A DNA stretch of 64,000 nt from Cyanobacteria bacterium auto_48_18 (GTDB lineage: Bacteria > Cyanobacteriota > Vampirovibrionia > Obscuribacterales > Obscuribacteraceae), in the NCBI GenBank assembly GCA_036170915.1, contig JAVHQC010000006.1, positions 201,987 through 265,986 on the forward strand, given 5' to 3'. Each line of letters opens with the position of its first letter. Position 1 is the first letter of the stretch. Shown in pieces: positions 37,972-48,156 of this stretch. The position numbers were made by a program, and so were the translations under genes. The notes beneath the pieces are model-generated. The model made no database searches. It saw only the letters and a list, made by a program, of their open reading frames with translations, and had not been told where the DNA came from.

Positions 37972-40257
37972 TTACGACTTCAGTGCCTGAGCTCTCTGAC
38001 TGTTTTCACGAATCAAATTGAGAGCAGAACCAGCTTTGAACCATCCGATTTGTTCGTCGGTCATTGTATGTTTTGCCTCAATTAATTCGCATGTGCCATC
38101 TTTGTGCAGAAGCTCAATCTGGATATTTTGCCCCGGCGAGAGTTCTATAAGATTGCGAATGGCAAGGGTGTCAGTCTCTTGAATCTTGTCATAGTCAGCC
38201 GGATTGACAAAAGTCAGAGCGAGAATGCCTTGCTTTTTCAAGTTAGTTTCGTGAATACGAGCAAAACTTCTCACCAGCACAGCCTTGCATCCAAGGAAAC
38301 GTGGCGACATGGCAGCGTGCTCGCGGCTTGAACCTTCACCATAGTTTTGATCGCCAATGACCATCCATCCTCGGTTATGGGCCTTATAATTGCGAGCCAC
38401 TTGAGGATAAGTCTTTCTGTCATTAGCAATGACATCAAGGCCGATACCAACATCTTTTGTGAAGGCGTTTATGGCGCCGATAAACATGTTGTCACTGATA
38501 CGATCGATGTGGCCGCGATATTTCAACCATGGGCCAGCGGGAGAAATATGATCGGTGGTACATTTGCCCAGAGCCTTGAGCAAAATCGGCATGTTCTCTA
38601 GGTCTTTGCCATCCCAGGCGGCAAAAGGCTCGAGCAATTGCAAACGATTTGACTCAGGATTAACCACCACGCTTACCTGATCACCGTTTGCGGCAGGTGG
38701 CAAGTAGCCGTTGTCCTCAGATTTAAATCCTCGGGCAGGAAGTTCTGGGGCCTCTGGTGGGGTCAATTTGAAAGGTTTGCCGTCGCTGCCATTGATTGAA
38801 TCTTTTAAGGGATTAAAAGAAAGGGAGCCGGACAATGCCAGGGCGGTGACAATTTCAGGACTGCCAATGAAAGCTAAAGTTTCTGGATTACCATCATTGC
38901 GTTTTTGGAAATTTCGATTGAAGGAAGTAATGATTGAATTGGGTTCGCCTGGTTTAATGTCATCGCGACGCCATTGCCCAATACACGGGCCGCAAGCGTT
39001 GGCTAGAACAGTTCCGCCGATATCTTCCAGAGTCTTTAATTGGCCATCACGCTCGATGGTTTCATATATCTGTTCGGACCCTGGAGTGATTAAAAATCCG
39101 CAGCTAGACTTAAGACCATGATCAGAAGCTTGCTGCGCCACGTGGGCAGCCCTGCTCATGTCTTCATAAGAAGAATTAGTGCAGCTGCCGATTAAGGCAT
39201 AAGTGAGCTTATCTGGATATCCTTTGATTTTAATTTCTTCCGCAAATGCAGAAATTGGTCGAGCCAAGTCAGGGGTATGGGGGCCGACTACATAAGGCTC
39301 GAGTAAATCAAGATCAATTTCTACGACCTGGTCAAAGTAGCTCATAGGATCGCTTTCCACTTCAGGGTCAGCAACCAAACATTCTTTGTATTGGTCAGCA
39401 AGAGCGGCAAATTCTTCGCGTTTAGTGATGCGCAAATATTTGCCCATGCGTTCGTCGTAAGGGAAAATAGATGTGGTAGCGCCGAGCTCTGCTCCCATAT
39501 TTGTAATGGTCGCTTTGCCTGTGCAGCTAATTGACTTGGTGCCCTCTCCGAAGTATTCAACTATTGCTCCGGTGCCTCCGGCAACAGTCAGAATTCCGGC
39601 AACTTTGAGGATCACGTCTTTCGGTGAAGTCCAACCGTTCAACTTACCCTTTAAGTGAATACCAATCAGCTTGGGCCAACGCAGACCCCAGGCAACACCT
39701 GCCATGACGTCTACGGCATCAGCACCGCCTACTCCGATGGCTACCATGCCCAGGCCGCCGGCATTGGGAGTATGAGAATCTGTACCGATCATCATCGTGC
39801 CGGGCAGAGCATAGTTCTCGAGAACCACCTGATGGATGATACCTGCGCCCGGCTTCCAGAATCCGATGCCGTGCTTGTTGCTGGCAGACTCGAGGAAATC
39901 GTAAACTTCTTTGTTCTCGTTGAGAGCATCGATCATGTCAGACTCAGCGCCTACACGAGCTTGAATCAAGTGATCACAGTGCACCGTACTTGGTACCGCT
40001 ACAGTTTTTAGCTGAGCTTGCATAAATTGAAGAAGAGCCATCTGGGCTGTAGCATCTTGCATAGCCACGCGATCAGGGCGTAAAAATGCGTAAGTTTCCC
40101 CACGTTTTATTTCTTCAGCCGGCCAGTGATCGAGGTGCGATGTCAGCACTTTTTCTGCAAGAGTTAGCGGTCGACCGAATTTTTCACGAGCAAGAGCGTG
40201 CTTTTCGGCCAACGCCTCGTAGACAATTTTGATATCGGATACTTTCAATTCAGCCAT
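37972..40257 (-). CDS. Aconitate hydratase (mitochondrial-like short type)
   Basis: [48 protein letters not shown]. Confidence 0.96.
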   Translation of the reverse strand: MAELKVSDIKIVYEALAEKHALAREKFGRPLTLAEKVLTSHLDHWPAEEIKRGETYAFLRPDRVAMQDATAQMALLQFMQAQLKTVAVPSTVHCDHLIQARVGAESDMIDALNENKEVYDFLESASNKHGIGFWKPGAGIIHQVVLENYALPGTMMIGTDSHTPNAGGLGMVAIGVGGADAVDVMAGVAWGLRWPKLIGIHLKGKLNGWTSPKDVILKVAGILTVAGGTGAIVEYFGEGTKSISCTGKATITNMGAELGATTSIFPYDERMGKYLRITKREEFAALADQYKECLVADPEVESDPMSYFDQVVEIDLDLLEPYVVGPHTPDLARPISAFAEEIKIKGYPDKLTYALIGSCTNSSYEDMSRAAHVAQQASDHGLKSSCGFLITPGSEQIYETIERDGQLKTLEDIGGTVLANACGPCIGQWRRDDIKPGEPNSIITSFNRNFQKRNDGNPETLAFIGSPEIVTALALSGSLSFNPLKDSINGSDGKPFKLTPPEAPELPARGFKSEDNGYLPPAANGDQVSVVVNPESNRLQLLEPFAAWDGKDLENMPILLKALGKCTTDHISPAGPWLKYRGHIDRISDNMFIGAINAFTKDVGIGLDVIANDRKTYPQVARNYKAHNRGWMVIGDQNYGEGSSREHAAMSPRFLGCKAVLVRSFARIHETNLKKQGILALTFVNPADYDKIQETDTLAIRNLIELSPGQNIQIELLHKDGTCELIEAKHTMTDEQIGWFKAGSALNLIRENSQRAQALKS

Positions 40258-40464
40258 TGCAGTCTCTCTTGTAGCTTTGTTTAATTGCCTAATTGTACTA
40301 TTTTTCCTCGATAAAATTTGTTTTCAAGAGACGCGCAAGCCGGACAGGTAATGAGCGAAATTTCTATGCTTATCGCTGAAACCAGGCAATGGCCCAACAT
40401 CCTTGGTCAATACGCTATTAAAGTCCGCAGCCGTCTTAATGGAAATGTAGCAATTTCAATACTC

Positions 40465-41517
40465 TTAAAAACCAAGTCTCACATGCATAGGTGAAGCATA
40501 GGCAAGAATATCGGCGCGACTTATTGGCGGATGCACCAAGCAAGCTTGCATTACTGCATTTTTGCCCCAGCGAAGTTTGTCAAAGGCGCACCAAATTTGC
40601 GCTAGAAAGAGCTGCAAGTATTTGCGGCTAACTCCGCGGTGGATAATGCGAATGTAATATACAAGCTGGGCGATTATTGCCGCTGGTGCCTGATTGCTTG
40701 GAATTCGCTGTTCGGGTTGTTCCGTTTTTCGCGCATAGTATCCGTATGCAAACACGGTGACAAGGTTTTCAATTTCGAGCAAACCTAGCGCACCCATTAT
40801 TTGTCCTACTGAAAATTTGCCTTTGGCTATCATTGTGTCTAATGACACTGGTTGGTCGCTAAGCCAGCTGTAAACCTCGGCCTCAACATCGGTAAAGTCT
40901 TTCATTCTCTGTGCGTCTGTGGGATTGTTTTCAGAAGTTTTCTGTTCACTACTATTTTCCTCACTAACATTTTGTTCGCTACTATTTTCGCTTTCAGTTT
41001 GTGCTCCACTTTCTGAAGGGCAGTCGAAGGAGGGATGTGTGAATTTCGTACTCTCTAGACTGCGTCGAAAAACTATATCTATAAACACCTTATACGGTGC
41101 CTGCATTGATTCTGGCGGCAAGTGGGAAGCGATCACCATTTTTACTTTATGTAGGATTTCCCACGCAGTAGAGTATGCAATTCGCAGTAATTTCGCGAAG
41201 TGAGCAGGAGTGATAACTGCGTCGTTTTGCTGAAACCAGATAGCAGCTAGATAAGCACGCAATAGCTTGGCTTTTTTGAAAAACATGTTGCTTGTGAACC
41301 AAATTTCTTCTCTACACTCAAGGCATTTGCAGCTGCGTGCACCACTCTCGCGATCAAATTCAGTTGATCCGCAAGAACAAACCAACAGGTTGGCTTCTGT
41401 TAGCTCTTTATAGATTAGGTCGGCTGCGTGTTCGTCTGACTTTATGCGCCTTCTCAGTGAGCGCCAAAGTTTCGCAATTTTTGTATCAGCCTTCTTCTTT
41501 TGCTTGCGATTATTCAT
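40465..41517 (-). CDS. IS1595-transposase-derived protein with DprA-like winged helix and no visible DDE core
   Basis: CSCG...CLEC ribbon, YSTAWEILHKVK HTH, central VYSWLSDQPVSLD...LGLLEIENLV, C-terminal HRGVSRKYLQLFL. Confidence 0.6.
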   Translation of the reverse strand: MNNRKQKKKADTKIAKLWRSLRRRIKSDEHAADLIYKELTEANLLVCSCGSTEFDRESGARSCKCLECREEIWFTSNMFFKKAKLLRAYLAAIWFQQNDAVITPAHFAKLLRIAYSTAWEILHKVKMVIASHLPPESMQAPYKVFIDIVFRRSLESTKFTHPSFDCPSESGAQTESENSSEQNVSEENSSEQKTSENNPTDAQRMKDFTDVEAEVYSWLSDQPVSLDTMIAKGKFSVGQIMGALGLLEIENLVTVFAYGYYARKTEQPEQRIPSNQAPAAIIAQLVYYIRIIHRGVSRKYLQLFLAQIWCAFDKLRWGKNAVMQACLVHPPISRADILAYASPMHVRLGF

Positions 41518-41817
41518 AAGCGTTCATTCCCCCGCTTATGTGTTAACGTCAAAAGTTGGAAAATGGTTCAATCGTTTTGACGTTTTTGAGATAAATTGTT
41601 TGGCTTTTGTTAGAAAAAAAAGTTAGAGCGATATCGTTCAAGAAAAGAATCTGTTGTACGCAGGTGATGTCCCAGCCCCGTAAACACACTATCAGCAAGG
41701 GTTAAGCGGCGTAAGAACCTGGTTTGGACAAATTCGTGCGGGAAAATTCAGTTCAAATCAGTTCATCTGATGGCCAGGGCGCTACAATGATCGCGCTTCT
41801 AGAAAAATGGTGGGTAA

Positions 41818-43119
41818 GTGAAATCACAACAGCCGGCAATTTTCATTCCAACTTTGTATTTTGCTTCGGGCCTGCCTTACACACTTGTTGTTCTCGTCTC
41901 GGTTATTTTCTACAAGAATTTAGGTGAGTCGAACGATTTTGTCGGGAAGGTGACAAGCTACTTTTATTTGGCTTGGGTAGCTAAATTTTTGTGGGCTCCC
42001 CTTGTTGATCTTGTGGGCCACAAAAGAATCTGGATTGTTTGCACGCAAATAGTGCTGGCACTGACTTCGATCGCGCTTGCTCTGAGTCTGGGCGGATCAA
42101 ATGTGGCAGTACTTAGTATCTTAGTTTTTTCAATTATGGCAGTGGTATCAGCGACTCAAGACGTATCTTGCGATGGTTATTACCTTGAAGTCTTGAACAA
42201 GAAGCAACAGTCGTATTTTGTTGGAGTGCGAAATACCTTCTATAAAACTGCTCTTCTCTTTGGCCAGGGCGGACTTGTAGTATTGGCCGGGTGGCTCGCG
42301 CACAATCCATCATTTGGTATAAAAGGTGGATGGGCAGTTGTCTTTGTGCTTTGCGCTGCAATCTTTGCTTTGCTTGCGGCGTTCCATTTTTTCATTTTGC
42401 CAAAGGCGCAGATTAGCGAATTTGGCATCGATTCGGTTGAGCCCACGGTAGTAGAGAACTCATCGGAAGAGCACGCATCAGAAGAGAAAGCTAAGCTTGA
42501 TTTAAATCAGTTTCTTACTGTCTTCCGCACGTTCTTTTCACAAAAGGCGATCGCACCGATCGTGCTCTATATTCTAATTTTCAGGCTGGGCGATGCATTC
42601 ATGCTCAAAATGTCTGCACCTTTTTTACTTGACGCGCCGAAAGTAGGTGGTCTTGGCATTTCTACCGAGACTGTCGGACTTATATATGGAGGAGTCGGCG
42701 TTGGTTTTCTTTTACTGGGTGGCCTCGTTGGTGGTTTTGTTGTCAGCAAGTTCGGACTAAAGAAATCGCTGATGCCGACAGCAATTTTTCAGAACGTGGC
42801 CATTTTGCTCTACTACTACATGGCCGTTTCTGCACCTAATGTTTTGTTGGTTTCTGTCTGTAACGCAATTGAACAATTTGCTTACGGATTAGGCACCGCA
42901 GCCTACACAGTGTTTTTGCTTCGAACTGTTAATCCGAAATATAAGTCAGGTCACTATGCAATCGCTACTGCCTTAATGGCGGCAGGCGTGATGATACCTG
43001 GCTACTACAGCGGCACATTACAAGGTCAGCTGGGATATGCTCATTTCTTTTTGCTCAGCTTTGTAGTATCCATCCCTGGTATGATCACGATTCTTTTGTT
43101 GCCGCTTGAAGATAAATAA
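41818..43119 (+). CDS. MFS transporter, AmpG-like
   Basis: LYFASGLPY, KFLWAPLVD, SATQDVSCDGYY; about 12 TM. Confidence 0.85.
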   Translation: MKSQQPAIFIPTLYFASGLPYTLVVLVSVIFYKNLGESNDFVGKVTSYFYLAWVAKFLWAPLVDLVGHKRIWIVCTQIVLALTSIALALSLGGSNVAVLSILVFSIMAVVSATQDVSCDGYYLEVLNKKQQSYFVGVRNTFYKTALLFGQGGLVVLAGWLAHNPSFGIKGGWAVVFVLCAAIFALLAAFHFFILPKAQISEFGIDSVEPTVVENSSEEHASEEKAKLDLNQFLTVFRTFFSQKAIAPIVLYILIFRLGDAFMLKMSAPFLLDAPKVGGLGISTETVGLIYGGVGVGFLLLGGLVGGFVVSKFGLKKSLMPTAIFQNVAILLYYYMAVSAPNVLLVSVCNAIEQFAYGLGTAAYTVFLLRTVNPKYKSGHYAIATALMAAGVMIPGYYSGTLQGQLGYAHFFLLSFVVSIPGMITILLLPLEDK

Positions 43120-43124
43120 CGAAC

Positions 43125-44099
43125 ATGCAATATCGCAGAATTGGGAAATGGGGAGCAAAAGTCAGCGAAATTTCGCTCGGTAGCTGGCTTACTCATGGTG
43201 GCTCAGTTGATGAGAAGAACTCCATTAAGCAGGTGCAACACGCTTTTGAGCAAGGCGTAAATTTCTTTGATAATGCTAATGTCTATGCAGCCGGCGCGTC
43301 TGAAGTTGTTGTGGGAAAAGCGATTAAGACCATTAAGCGCGACGCCATTTTCCTTGCTACTAAAGTATTTTTCCCCATGGGTGATGGTCCAAATGACAAA
43401 GGTCTATCACGTAAACACGTTTTTGAGCAGTGTCATGCCAGCTTGAAAAGACTGGGCACTGACTATATAGATCTCTATCAATGCCACCGTTTTGATCCTG
43501 AAGTTCCAATGGAAGAACTAGTTAGAACCATGGACGATCTCACTCGCCAGGGCAAAATTCTTTACTGGGGCGTTAGTGAATGGAGCGGGTCACAAATCGA
43601 AGATGCGCACCGAGTTGCCAAAGAATTGAACGCTGTGCCACCTATCTCTAACCAACCTTGCTACAACATGTTGACGCGCAATATCGAGTCATCGGTTATC
43701 CCTGCCAGTGAACGCACAGGTGTGGGGCAAGTTGTCTTTTCTCCGCTCGCACAGGGTGTGCTGACTGGAAAATACTTGCCGGAAAAACCATTACCTGCTG
43801 ATTCGCGAGCGGCAGACAGTAAAGTCAACGTGTTCATGATGGGCCGAAATTTGATGGCTAATGAAACTTTAGAGAAAGTGCAACGATTGGGAGTTCTTGC
43901 TTCCGAATCAGGATTGACGATGTCTCAGTTTGCTTTGGCCTGGTGTCTTCGTCATCCGAATGTCGCCAGCGTAATTATTGGTGCCACAAAAGTTTCTCAG
44001 ATTGACGAAAACATTAAAGCAGCCGGCATTAAACTAAGCGCCGATACCCTAGAGAAAGTTGAACATATTCTTGGTGCTAACGTTCCAGCACGCGCTTAG
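43125..44099 (+). CDS. Aldo/keto reductase (Kv-beta-like)
   Basis: LGSWLT, FFDNANVY, SLKRLGTDYIDLYQCHRFD, SPLAQGVLTGKY. Confidence 0.95.
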   Translation: MQYRRIGKWGAKVSEISLGSWLTHGGSVDEKNSIKQVQHAFEQGVNFFDNANVYAAGASEVVVGKAIKTIKRDAIFLATKVFFPMGDGPNDKGLSRKHVFEQCHASLKRLGTDYIDLYQCHRFDPEVPMEELVRTMDDLTRQGKILYWGVSEWSGSQIEDAHRVAKELNAVPPISNQPCYNMLTRNIESSVIPASERTGVGQVVFSPLAQGVLTGKYLPEKPLPADSRAADSKVNVFMMGRNLMANETLEKVQRLGVLASESGLTMSQFALAWCLRHPNVASVIIGATKVSQIDENIKAAGIKLSADTLEKVEHILGANVPARA

Positions 44100-44210
44100 G
44101 CTTTCCGTTTATTACACTGGTCCACTTATTGACACTCGCGTGGTTCTTGACCATTCGTGAGTTAATTTGGTGAGCACTGGGCACATTGCTGGTGTTACAG
44201 GTGGGGATTT

Positions 44211-45701
44211 ATGAATAAATTGGCTCGGCGCACTGCGGCATTGTCACTAAGCTTGTTTCTATTAACTCCGGTAGTTTCCTTTGCGCTGCCTGTTATGGCT
44301 GCCGATGGAGAGCAAAATATAACTCCGAATTTAAACCAGAATCAGACGGGTCTACCAGCAGAGGTTACAGGTGTGGAACCCGCGGCGGGCGGTAGCACCA
44401 GCGCGAGTTCTTCAACTAATGTAACTCCAGCCACAACTCCTGCCACGACTACGGTCAATCCACCTAGCGGAGGCATGGCAACGACAAACTCTGGGGGAAC
44501 GTCTTCCGGGGCGGCGGCTACATCAGGCGCAGGGACTACATCGACAACATCCAATTCATCGACAACATCATCGACAACTTCATCAACAAGTGACTCTGCT
44601 TATAGCGATCCAGTCCTGGTCAATCCTGTGATTAAGGGAACGGCAAAAACCACCAGCGTAACCACCGCCGCTAGTAGTGCAAGTAGAGTAGTGGCACCGG
44701 CAAAAATTCAAGCTCAAGCCACTACTACAAAGTTGTACGGAAGAATCGAGCAAATCACATCTACAAATGGTGCGAGTTTTCCTGTGATTCTTAAGGCAAT
44801 GACCCCGCAGCTTGATCTTTCACTGCAGAAAAACAAATCTATGCAATCTGGTGCCAGCCAAACAGCTCTGTTTTCTGGCACTCTGGCCAAGAGTTTTCCG
44901 CAAGATTATCGCGGCAACTGGGGTGGAGATTTAACGGTATGGAGAGTAGAGCAAGACCCAATTTGCTACAAAATTGATCCTGAGGAGTCTTCTAAAGTTC
45001 TGAAGATTTTCAAGAATGGTGCCAAGGGTTCTACTAACTTTATGTTTGCTCAGGATGTTAAAGGGGGTATCGTCCTTGCCCCCGCAAAGGTCATGTTCCA
45101 GGTGCCTGGCGGTGAAATCGGCGCTGATCAACAAATGGCTCAAATGATGGGCGGACAAAGTTTTGCGAATATGGGTCCTATGGGCGCAATGATGCAGCAA
45201 ATGGCTAAAAGTATGCCGGTTCCTGTAATTTTTTCTTTTGGCGACATCCAATCAAGTCAGTATGCCAAGGGCCTTTCCGGCAACGAGTTTGTGCAACGCA
45301 CATTGAAGAACCAGGTTCGGGAATTGGCTCCCAATGTGCTTGAACAGCAAATCGTCGCTGAGTGCAACGAGATTATGCGCTCCACTGGGCAACCGCGCAA
45401 ACGTTACGAAGAGTCAGTTTTGCGTTTCACTAAAGTCAACTCGCAACAAATGTATGTTCAGGCGGCGCAAGTTGTATTTGGTGGCGATCGCAAGTTTCAG
45501 CAAAAAATCGTCATGTATGGCTACGTCACTAAGGGACAGGTGGCGAACACCAATCCTTACTCTGGTATGATGCAAATGATGCAACCAGGCCAATCTGGAG
45601 CAGGGCAGGGCTTCCCTGGCCTTTCCCCGGGACAGAATCCCTTTGGTGGTGGCGGACAATCTCCAGGTTTCAATCCCTTCCAGGGTTTGTTTGGGCAATA
45701 G
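44211..45701 (+). CDS. Secreted hypothetical protein with Ser/Thr-rich linker and Met/Gln/Gly-rich segments
   Basis: Signal peptide MNKLARRTAALSLSLFLL..; low-complexity blocks. Confidence 0.7.
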   Translation: MNKLARRTAALSLSLFLLTPVVSFALPVMAADGEQNITPNLNQNQTGLPAEVTGVEPAAGGSTSASSSTNVTPATTPATTTVNPPSGGMATTNSGGTSSGAAATSGAGTTSTTSNSSTTSSTTSSTSDSAYSDPVLVNPVIKGTAKTTSVTTAASSASRVVAPAKIQAQATTTKLYGRIEQITSTNGASFPVILKAMTPQLDLSLQKNKSMQSGASQTALFSGTLAKSFPQDYRGNWGGDLTVWRVEQDPICYKIDPEESSKVLKIFKNGAKGSTNFMFAQDVKGGIVLAPAKVMFQVPGGEIGADQQMAQMMGGQSFANMGPMGAMMQQMAKSMPVPVIFSFGDIQSSQYAKGLSGNEFVQRTLKNQVRELAPNVLEQQIVAECNEIMRSTGQPRKRYEESVLRFTKVNSQQMYVQAAQVVFGGDRKFQQKIVMYGYVTKGQVANTNPYSGMMQMMQPGQSGAGQGFPGLSPGQNPFGGGGQSPGFNPFQGLFGQ

Positions 45702-45708
45702 CACTTAA

Positions 45709-46311
45709 TTGGATTATGGCGAAATGAATACTCCTTCTTCTGGCGATTTGGATTCCCTTGCGGACTTCGTCACCAATATGATCATTCAACATGACTATCC
45801 TGGCTTTGAGCCTCGGTCATTTCGTATTGGCTTGACTGAGCAATTATTAAAATCCAACAGCCGACTGTTTGCGGACGCCCTAGTGCATGAGAACGTCTAC
45901 GTGCGGTTGGTGGCCTTACGTTGGTTTCAAGAAAAGCCTGGCGCCATTAAACCCTATATCAACTCAATACTGGCATTACTAGGTAACAGTGATGAGTGGG
46001 TTCGCATGGAAGCGACCATCACTCTCGAGCGGTATCAACATCCGGGTCCGGCAATAGCCACAGCAGTTTCTGAATTGTTGGAGGACCAATATCCTTTTGT
46101 GCGCAGAGAAGCTGCTAAAGCATTAGGAAAGATGCTTGCGAAATTCAAAGAAAATAGCAATTCTAAAGATTCTGCCAAGAACGCAGCGCGCGATCAGCAG
46201 CTGGAGCCAATTGTAGAGAGCTTGAAAAATGCCTTACGTGACGATCAAGATGCACAGGTGCGGCAAAAAGCGGAGAAAGCTTTACGAAAATCTGGTGCGT
46301 ACGCCGGCTAG
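45709..46311 (+). CDS. HEAT-repeat protein
   Basis: Repeated VR..A...L units (YVRLVAL, WVRMEAT, FVRREAAKALG, QVRQKAEKAL). Confidence 0.85.
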   Translation: MDYGEMNTPSSGDLDSLADFVTNMIIQHDYPGFEPRSFRIGLTEQLLKSNSRLFADALVHENVYVRLVALRWFQEKPGAIKPYINSILALLGNSDEWVRMEATITLERYQHPGPAIATAVSELLEDQYPFVRREAAKALGKMLAKFKENSNSKDSAKNAARDQQLEPIVESLKNALRDDQDAQVRQKAEKALRKSGAYAG

Positions 46312-46395
46312 GTGGTCAGCGCATTAACGGATTTTTCGCGTTTTGCAGAGGTGCAATGCTTGTGAGAGTTGACTCTTGAGGTTTGAATTGTCGGC

Positions 46396-46890
46396 TTAAA
46401 CGATATCGGTTTGAATACTCTTGCCAATGCTCTCCAGCAAATCCTGAGAGCGGTCTAGAAAATCGCACTCATTTGTCAGTTTGTTATAAAAGCCATACTC
46501 ATAGTATTGCTCGAGAAAATTCAAGTCATAACGAAGAATTTTAATCAGGTCGTCGATTATTAACTCAGAGGCCGTTAGGAGCTCGTCCAAGGCGGTCGCA
46601 TGAGAAAGTAGAACCGTTGCACGCTCCACTATCATTTGAGTCTTTTGCTCATGCCTGGTTGAACTGTCTCCATAAGCCTCAGCTAGAAGCTCATGAAAGC
46701 AGGCACCACATCTAACCAAATTGGCAGCTAACTTATGAAAATATATGCGAATCATTTTCTCTTCTAAAGTGACTCGCTTCTCAGTTAGTCGAGAAATTGC
46801 TTCGTTTATCTTGAGCACGACATTTAAGTTGTGGTCCAAGACGGTGAGGATGCCTTTAACTTGTTCTTCTTCGTCAAGATTGTGGAGCAT
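46396..46890 (-). CDS. Hypothetical helical protein
   Basis: 164 aa ORF filling the gap; no recognisable motif. Confidence 0.6.
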   Translation of the reverse strand: MLHNLDEEEQVKGILTVLDHNLNVVLKINEAISRLTEKRVTLEEKMIRIYFHKLAANLVRCGACFHELLAEAYGDSSTRHEQKTQMIVERATVLLSHATALDELLTASELIIDDLIKILRYDLNFLEQYYEYGFYNKLTNECDFLDRSQDLLESIGKSIQTDIV

Positions 46891-46951
46891 AGATTTCTGT
46901 CATTTGTGCAGCCCTGGTCGTTAATGCTTATTAGTGTAACCGCTCGACTGC

Positions 46952-46983
46952 AAAAAGAAACCGCCCCTGCGAAGCAGGAGCGG
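46952..46983 (-). terminator. Rho-independent terminator of the RHH gene
   Basis: Minus strand CCGCTCCTGC-TTC-GCAGGGGCGG-TTTCTTTTT. Confidence 0.8.
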
Positions 46984-47009
46984 CCTTATATTTAGCTATG
47001 TGCCTGATC

Positions 47010-47246
47010 TTATGTAGAAGAAGATGAGGGAGTAGTGGCGGCGCCGATTGTGGAGTAGCTATTTTCGGAAACTTCCAACGTACTTACAGAGAGGTGAGCC
47101 CCACCTTGTTGCCTTCTGAAATTATCGAGATACCGGCGAAGAGCTTCTCTAATCAGGTCGCTTCTGGTGCGATGCTCGCACTGAGCGATGAAGTCGACTT
47201 GCTCTAGCATGGCAGGAGGCAGTGCAATCAGGACCTTTTTGGGCAT
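47010..47246 (-). CDS. Ribbon-helix-helix (CopG/NikR-like) DNA-binding protein
   Basis: KKVLIALPPAMLEQVDFIA..EHRTRSDLIREALRRYL; GAGG RBS before ATG at 47246. Confidence 0.88.
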   Translation of the reverse strand: MPKKVLIALPPAMLEQVDFIAQCEHRTRSDLIREALRRYLDNFRRQQGGAHLSVSTLEVSENSYSTIGAATTPSSSST

Positions 47247-48156
47247 ATACGATTCCTCAGGTGACAAGGGGGTGCAATTTGGGGCGCGAAGGTACATCTC
47301 AAGGAAACTACACTCTGGCGCAGAATCTACTTGAGAAGAATTCGTTCCTACAGTCCAATCCGTTTTTTGTCTACGGTCTTAACAATAGGTAACTGCTTTT
47401 GGGTGGCTTACTCTTATTTATCAACCACCTTCAACATGTATTCAATTTACACATGAAAGTCGATATCGTAAAGGTCTAAAAGGGGCATAAATACCCAATT
47501 TCGAAGAAGTTGAGATAAAAGGATTTTACGAAAGGCGCAATCGCAAGCACGGTAACGATCTAAGCGCATTTGTTTAGGAACGGTATAGATACTAGGGATC
47601 TAGAGGACATATACACCTATTGCATTGCGAAAAATATGTGCTAGGCGGCAAGCGTAATTTGGTCGATCTACTGCAAGACTGGCTTTTCATCAGTGTTTTG
47701 AAAAAGAGATCAGCCGACTCATCTTGGTTGTTTTGGAAGGGCTTAGTGTCTTGCATGTTGCAGATATTCGCATTATGTCTGCAAGGCAAGCTAGATGGCA
47801 TCCAGCTATGATTAGATGGTATCGCTAGTGATACCACTAATGTATATCCATGCCCGGGGAAGCTGAACTGTCTATTCGTTTGCCGTTTGAATCAAGTGAT
47901 GATGCGCTTTTCGCGGTCTATAGACCGTCTGTCGAGTACTGCTTGCTGGGTTATCTACAGCTTTTGAACTGATCGCATATATTTCTGGTGGATAAAAAAG
48001 TCAAGTTTCGCAGAGCCCAATAAATACAAAGAGCAACGTTGCTTAAAAGCCGCATACTGATTAGCGAATTGCTGCCATTTGAGTTGAATATAGGCTATAT
48101 TTTTTTCGTCGAGCGCACGCTGTTTCGACAAATTTTAGATTCATTTAGGGAGAGCC

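Noticed and set aside
40465..41517. Active IS element
   Set aside because: No DDE motif, TIRs or target duplication identified
46396..47246. RHH plus downstream ORF as a toxin-antitoxin pair
   Set aside because: Separated by a strong terminator, and the downstream protein shows no toxin motif
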